Origin: Nanobdellota archaeon | GTDB taxonomy: Archaea; Nanobdellota; Nanobdellia; Woesearchaeales; GW2011-AR4 | Direction of reading: 5' to 3' | Assembly: GCA_038046385.1 (NCBI GenBank) | Contig: JBBSWH010000004.1 | Span: 9,291 to 73,290 of the forward strand | Length of the DNA: 64,000 nt | Shown: positions 62,847 to 64,000 of the stretch, piece by piece | Layout of the letters: every line of letters starts with the position of its first letter | How positions within the stretch are numbered: the first letter of the stretch is position 1 | Notes under the pieces: model-generated | The model's database searches: none | What the model saw: only the letters and a program-made list of their open reading frames with translations | What the model was told of the DNA's origin: nothing | Position numbers and translations under genes: made by a program

Positions 62847-64000
62847 ATGAGAATAGCAGTAGCAGGCGCAGGGTATGTCGGACTGGTAACAGCAGCGTGT
62901 TTCGCAGAGCTTGGCAACGACGTTTATTGCGTAGATATAGATGAAAATAAGATAGACAAGCTAAAAAAAGGAGAGATACCGTTCTATGAGCCCGGGTTAG
63001 GTGAGATTGTAATAAAAAACAGGGAAAGACTCCATTTTACAGTGGATTTAAAGGATGCAATAAAAAAGTCAGATATCATCTTCATATGCGTTGGAACCCC
63101 TCCAAAAGAAAATGGAGAAGCTGATTTAAGCTATGTTGAAGATGTTGCAAGGACAATAGCAGAAGTGATGGATTCTTACAAGGTGATTGTTGAAAAAAGC
63201 ACTGTCCCTGTAAAAACCGGTGAAAAGGTTGCAAAGTCAATAAAAGACTACAATGTGCATAAAGTTGAGTTTGATGTTGTCAGCAACCCTGAATTTCTGA
63301 GAGAAGGCAGCGCAATAGGCGATTTCATGAATCCGGACAGGATAGTCATAGGCACTGAAAGTGAAAGGGCAAAAACCATGATGAGGAATCTGTACGAGCC
63401 GCTTAAGGCGCATATAGTATTTACAGATATAAAAAGCGCTGAAATAATAAAGCACGCTTCAAATTCTTTTCTTGCAGCAAAAATTTCTTTCATAAATGCA
63501 ATAGCAAACATATGCGAATTGGCCGGCGCAGATGTGGAAAAGGTTGCAGAGGGAATGGGGCTTGACAAGAGAATAGGACGCCAGTTCCTGAATGCAGGCA
63601 TCGGCTATGGTGGTTTTTGCTTTCCAAAAGATGCAGAAGCTTTCATCAAGATATCAGAAAAACTGGGCTACGATTTCAAGATGCTGAAAGCGGTGCAGGA
63701 AATAAACAGTTTTCAAAAAAAGCATTTTGTAAAAAAAATTGAAAAGGCTTTGTGGGTTGTCAAAGGAAAAACGATAGGTGTCCTCGGCCTTGCGTTCAAG
63801 AAAGATACTGATGACATGAGATTTGCCCCTTCAATTGATATAATAAGCGACCTTCAGAAAGAAGGGGCTAAAATAAAGGTATATGATCCGGAAGCAATGG
63901 AAAATGCAAAATCCTTCCTAAAAAGTATTGTTTACTGCAATAGCCCTTATGATGCTGCAAAAGACACAGATATGCTTTTAATATTGACTAACTGGAATGA
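62847..64000 (+). CDS. ugd: UDP-glucose/GDP-mannose 6-dehydrogenase family protein (3' end outside the window)
   Basis: Not in the track because it runs off the window. Manual translation from ATG 62847 gives MRIAVAGAGYVGLVTAACFAELGNDVYCVDIDENKIDKLKKGEIPFYEPGL..., with a later GFGGFCFPKD-type block (GIGYGGFCFPKDAEAF). Confidence 0.88.
   Translation, partial: MRIAVAGAGYVGLVTAACFAELGNDVYCVDIDENKIDKLKKGEIPFYEPGLGEIVIKNRERLHFTVDLKDAIKKSDIIFICVGTPPKENGEADLSYVEDVARTIAEVMDSYKVIVEKSTVPVKTGEKVAKSIKDYNVHKVEFDVVSNPEFLREGSAIGDFMNPDRIVIGTESERAKTMMRNLYEPLKAHIVFTDIKSAEIIKHASNSFLAAKISFINAIANICELAGADVEKVAEGMGLDKRIGRQFLNAGIGYGGFCFPKDAEAFIKISEKLGYDFKMLKAVQEINSFQKKHFVKKIEKALWVVKGKTIGVLGLAFKKDTDDMRFAPSIDIISDLQKEGAKIKVYDPEAMENAKSFLKSIVYCNSPYDAAKDTDMLLILTNWN

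Noticed and set aside
62708-62917. 69-aa minus-strand ORF
   Set aside because: It is antisense to the well-supported 5' end of the UDP-glucose dehydrogenase gene, which starts at 62847.

Overview
This is a low-GC archaeal chromosome segment. The gene content, the split genes and the intron-rich tRNAs fit a small-genome, DPANN-like archaeon, but lineage cannot be proven from the sequence alone. Most of the window is housekeeping. It holds an RNA polymerase operon (rpoH, split rpoB''/rpoB', rpoA'', rpoA'), DnaG, topoisomerase VI B/A, DNA ligase, topoisomerase I, RIO kinase plus a KH protein, and TrpRS. It also has a folate/purine cluster (glyA-folD-purN-purH), AdoHcy hydrolase, rpe, and a prefoldin/rpoP/L37Ae block. 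L41e and RpoP are real genes too short for the ORF track. RNA genes are a stand-alone 5S rRNA and six tRNAs, all interrupted by introns, three of them at non-canonical positions. Accessory content includes an MNT/HEPN pair, a type IV pilus-like ATPase/membrane locus, and two tandem Ig-like-repeat surface proteins. There is also a PAS-GGDEF protein, a secreted somatomedin-B-like mini-protein, and a Hel308-like helicase lacking RecA1. The strongest candidate for something undescribed is a conserved promoter plus structured 5' leader of about 190-220 bp. It occurs three times (about 25.8, 36.2 and 47.7 kb), each time directly in front of a different free-standing nuclease gene. Two are unrelated double-motif LAGLIDADG proteins. 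The third is a 4xHTH + PD-(D/E)xK protein interrupted by one in-frame TAG at a conserved Tyr position. Compensatory changes between copies support a conserved RNA fold. Further observations are the inverted A''-A' gene order, a second small structured motif found twice with a compensatory pair, a GC-rich insert with 9-bp direct repeats at the ahcY stop, and several unassigned structured intergenic regions. No CRISPR array was seen.
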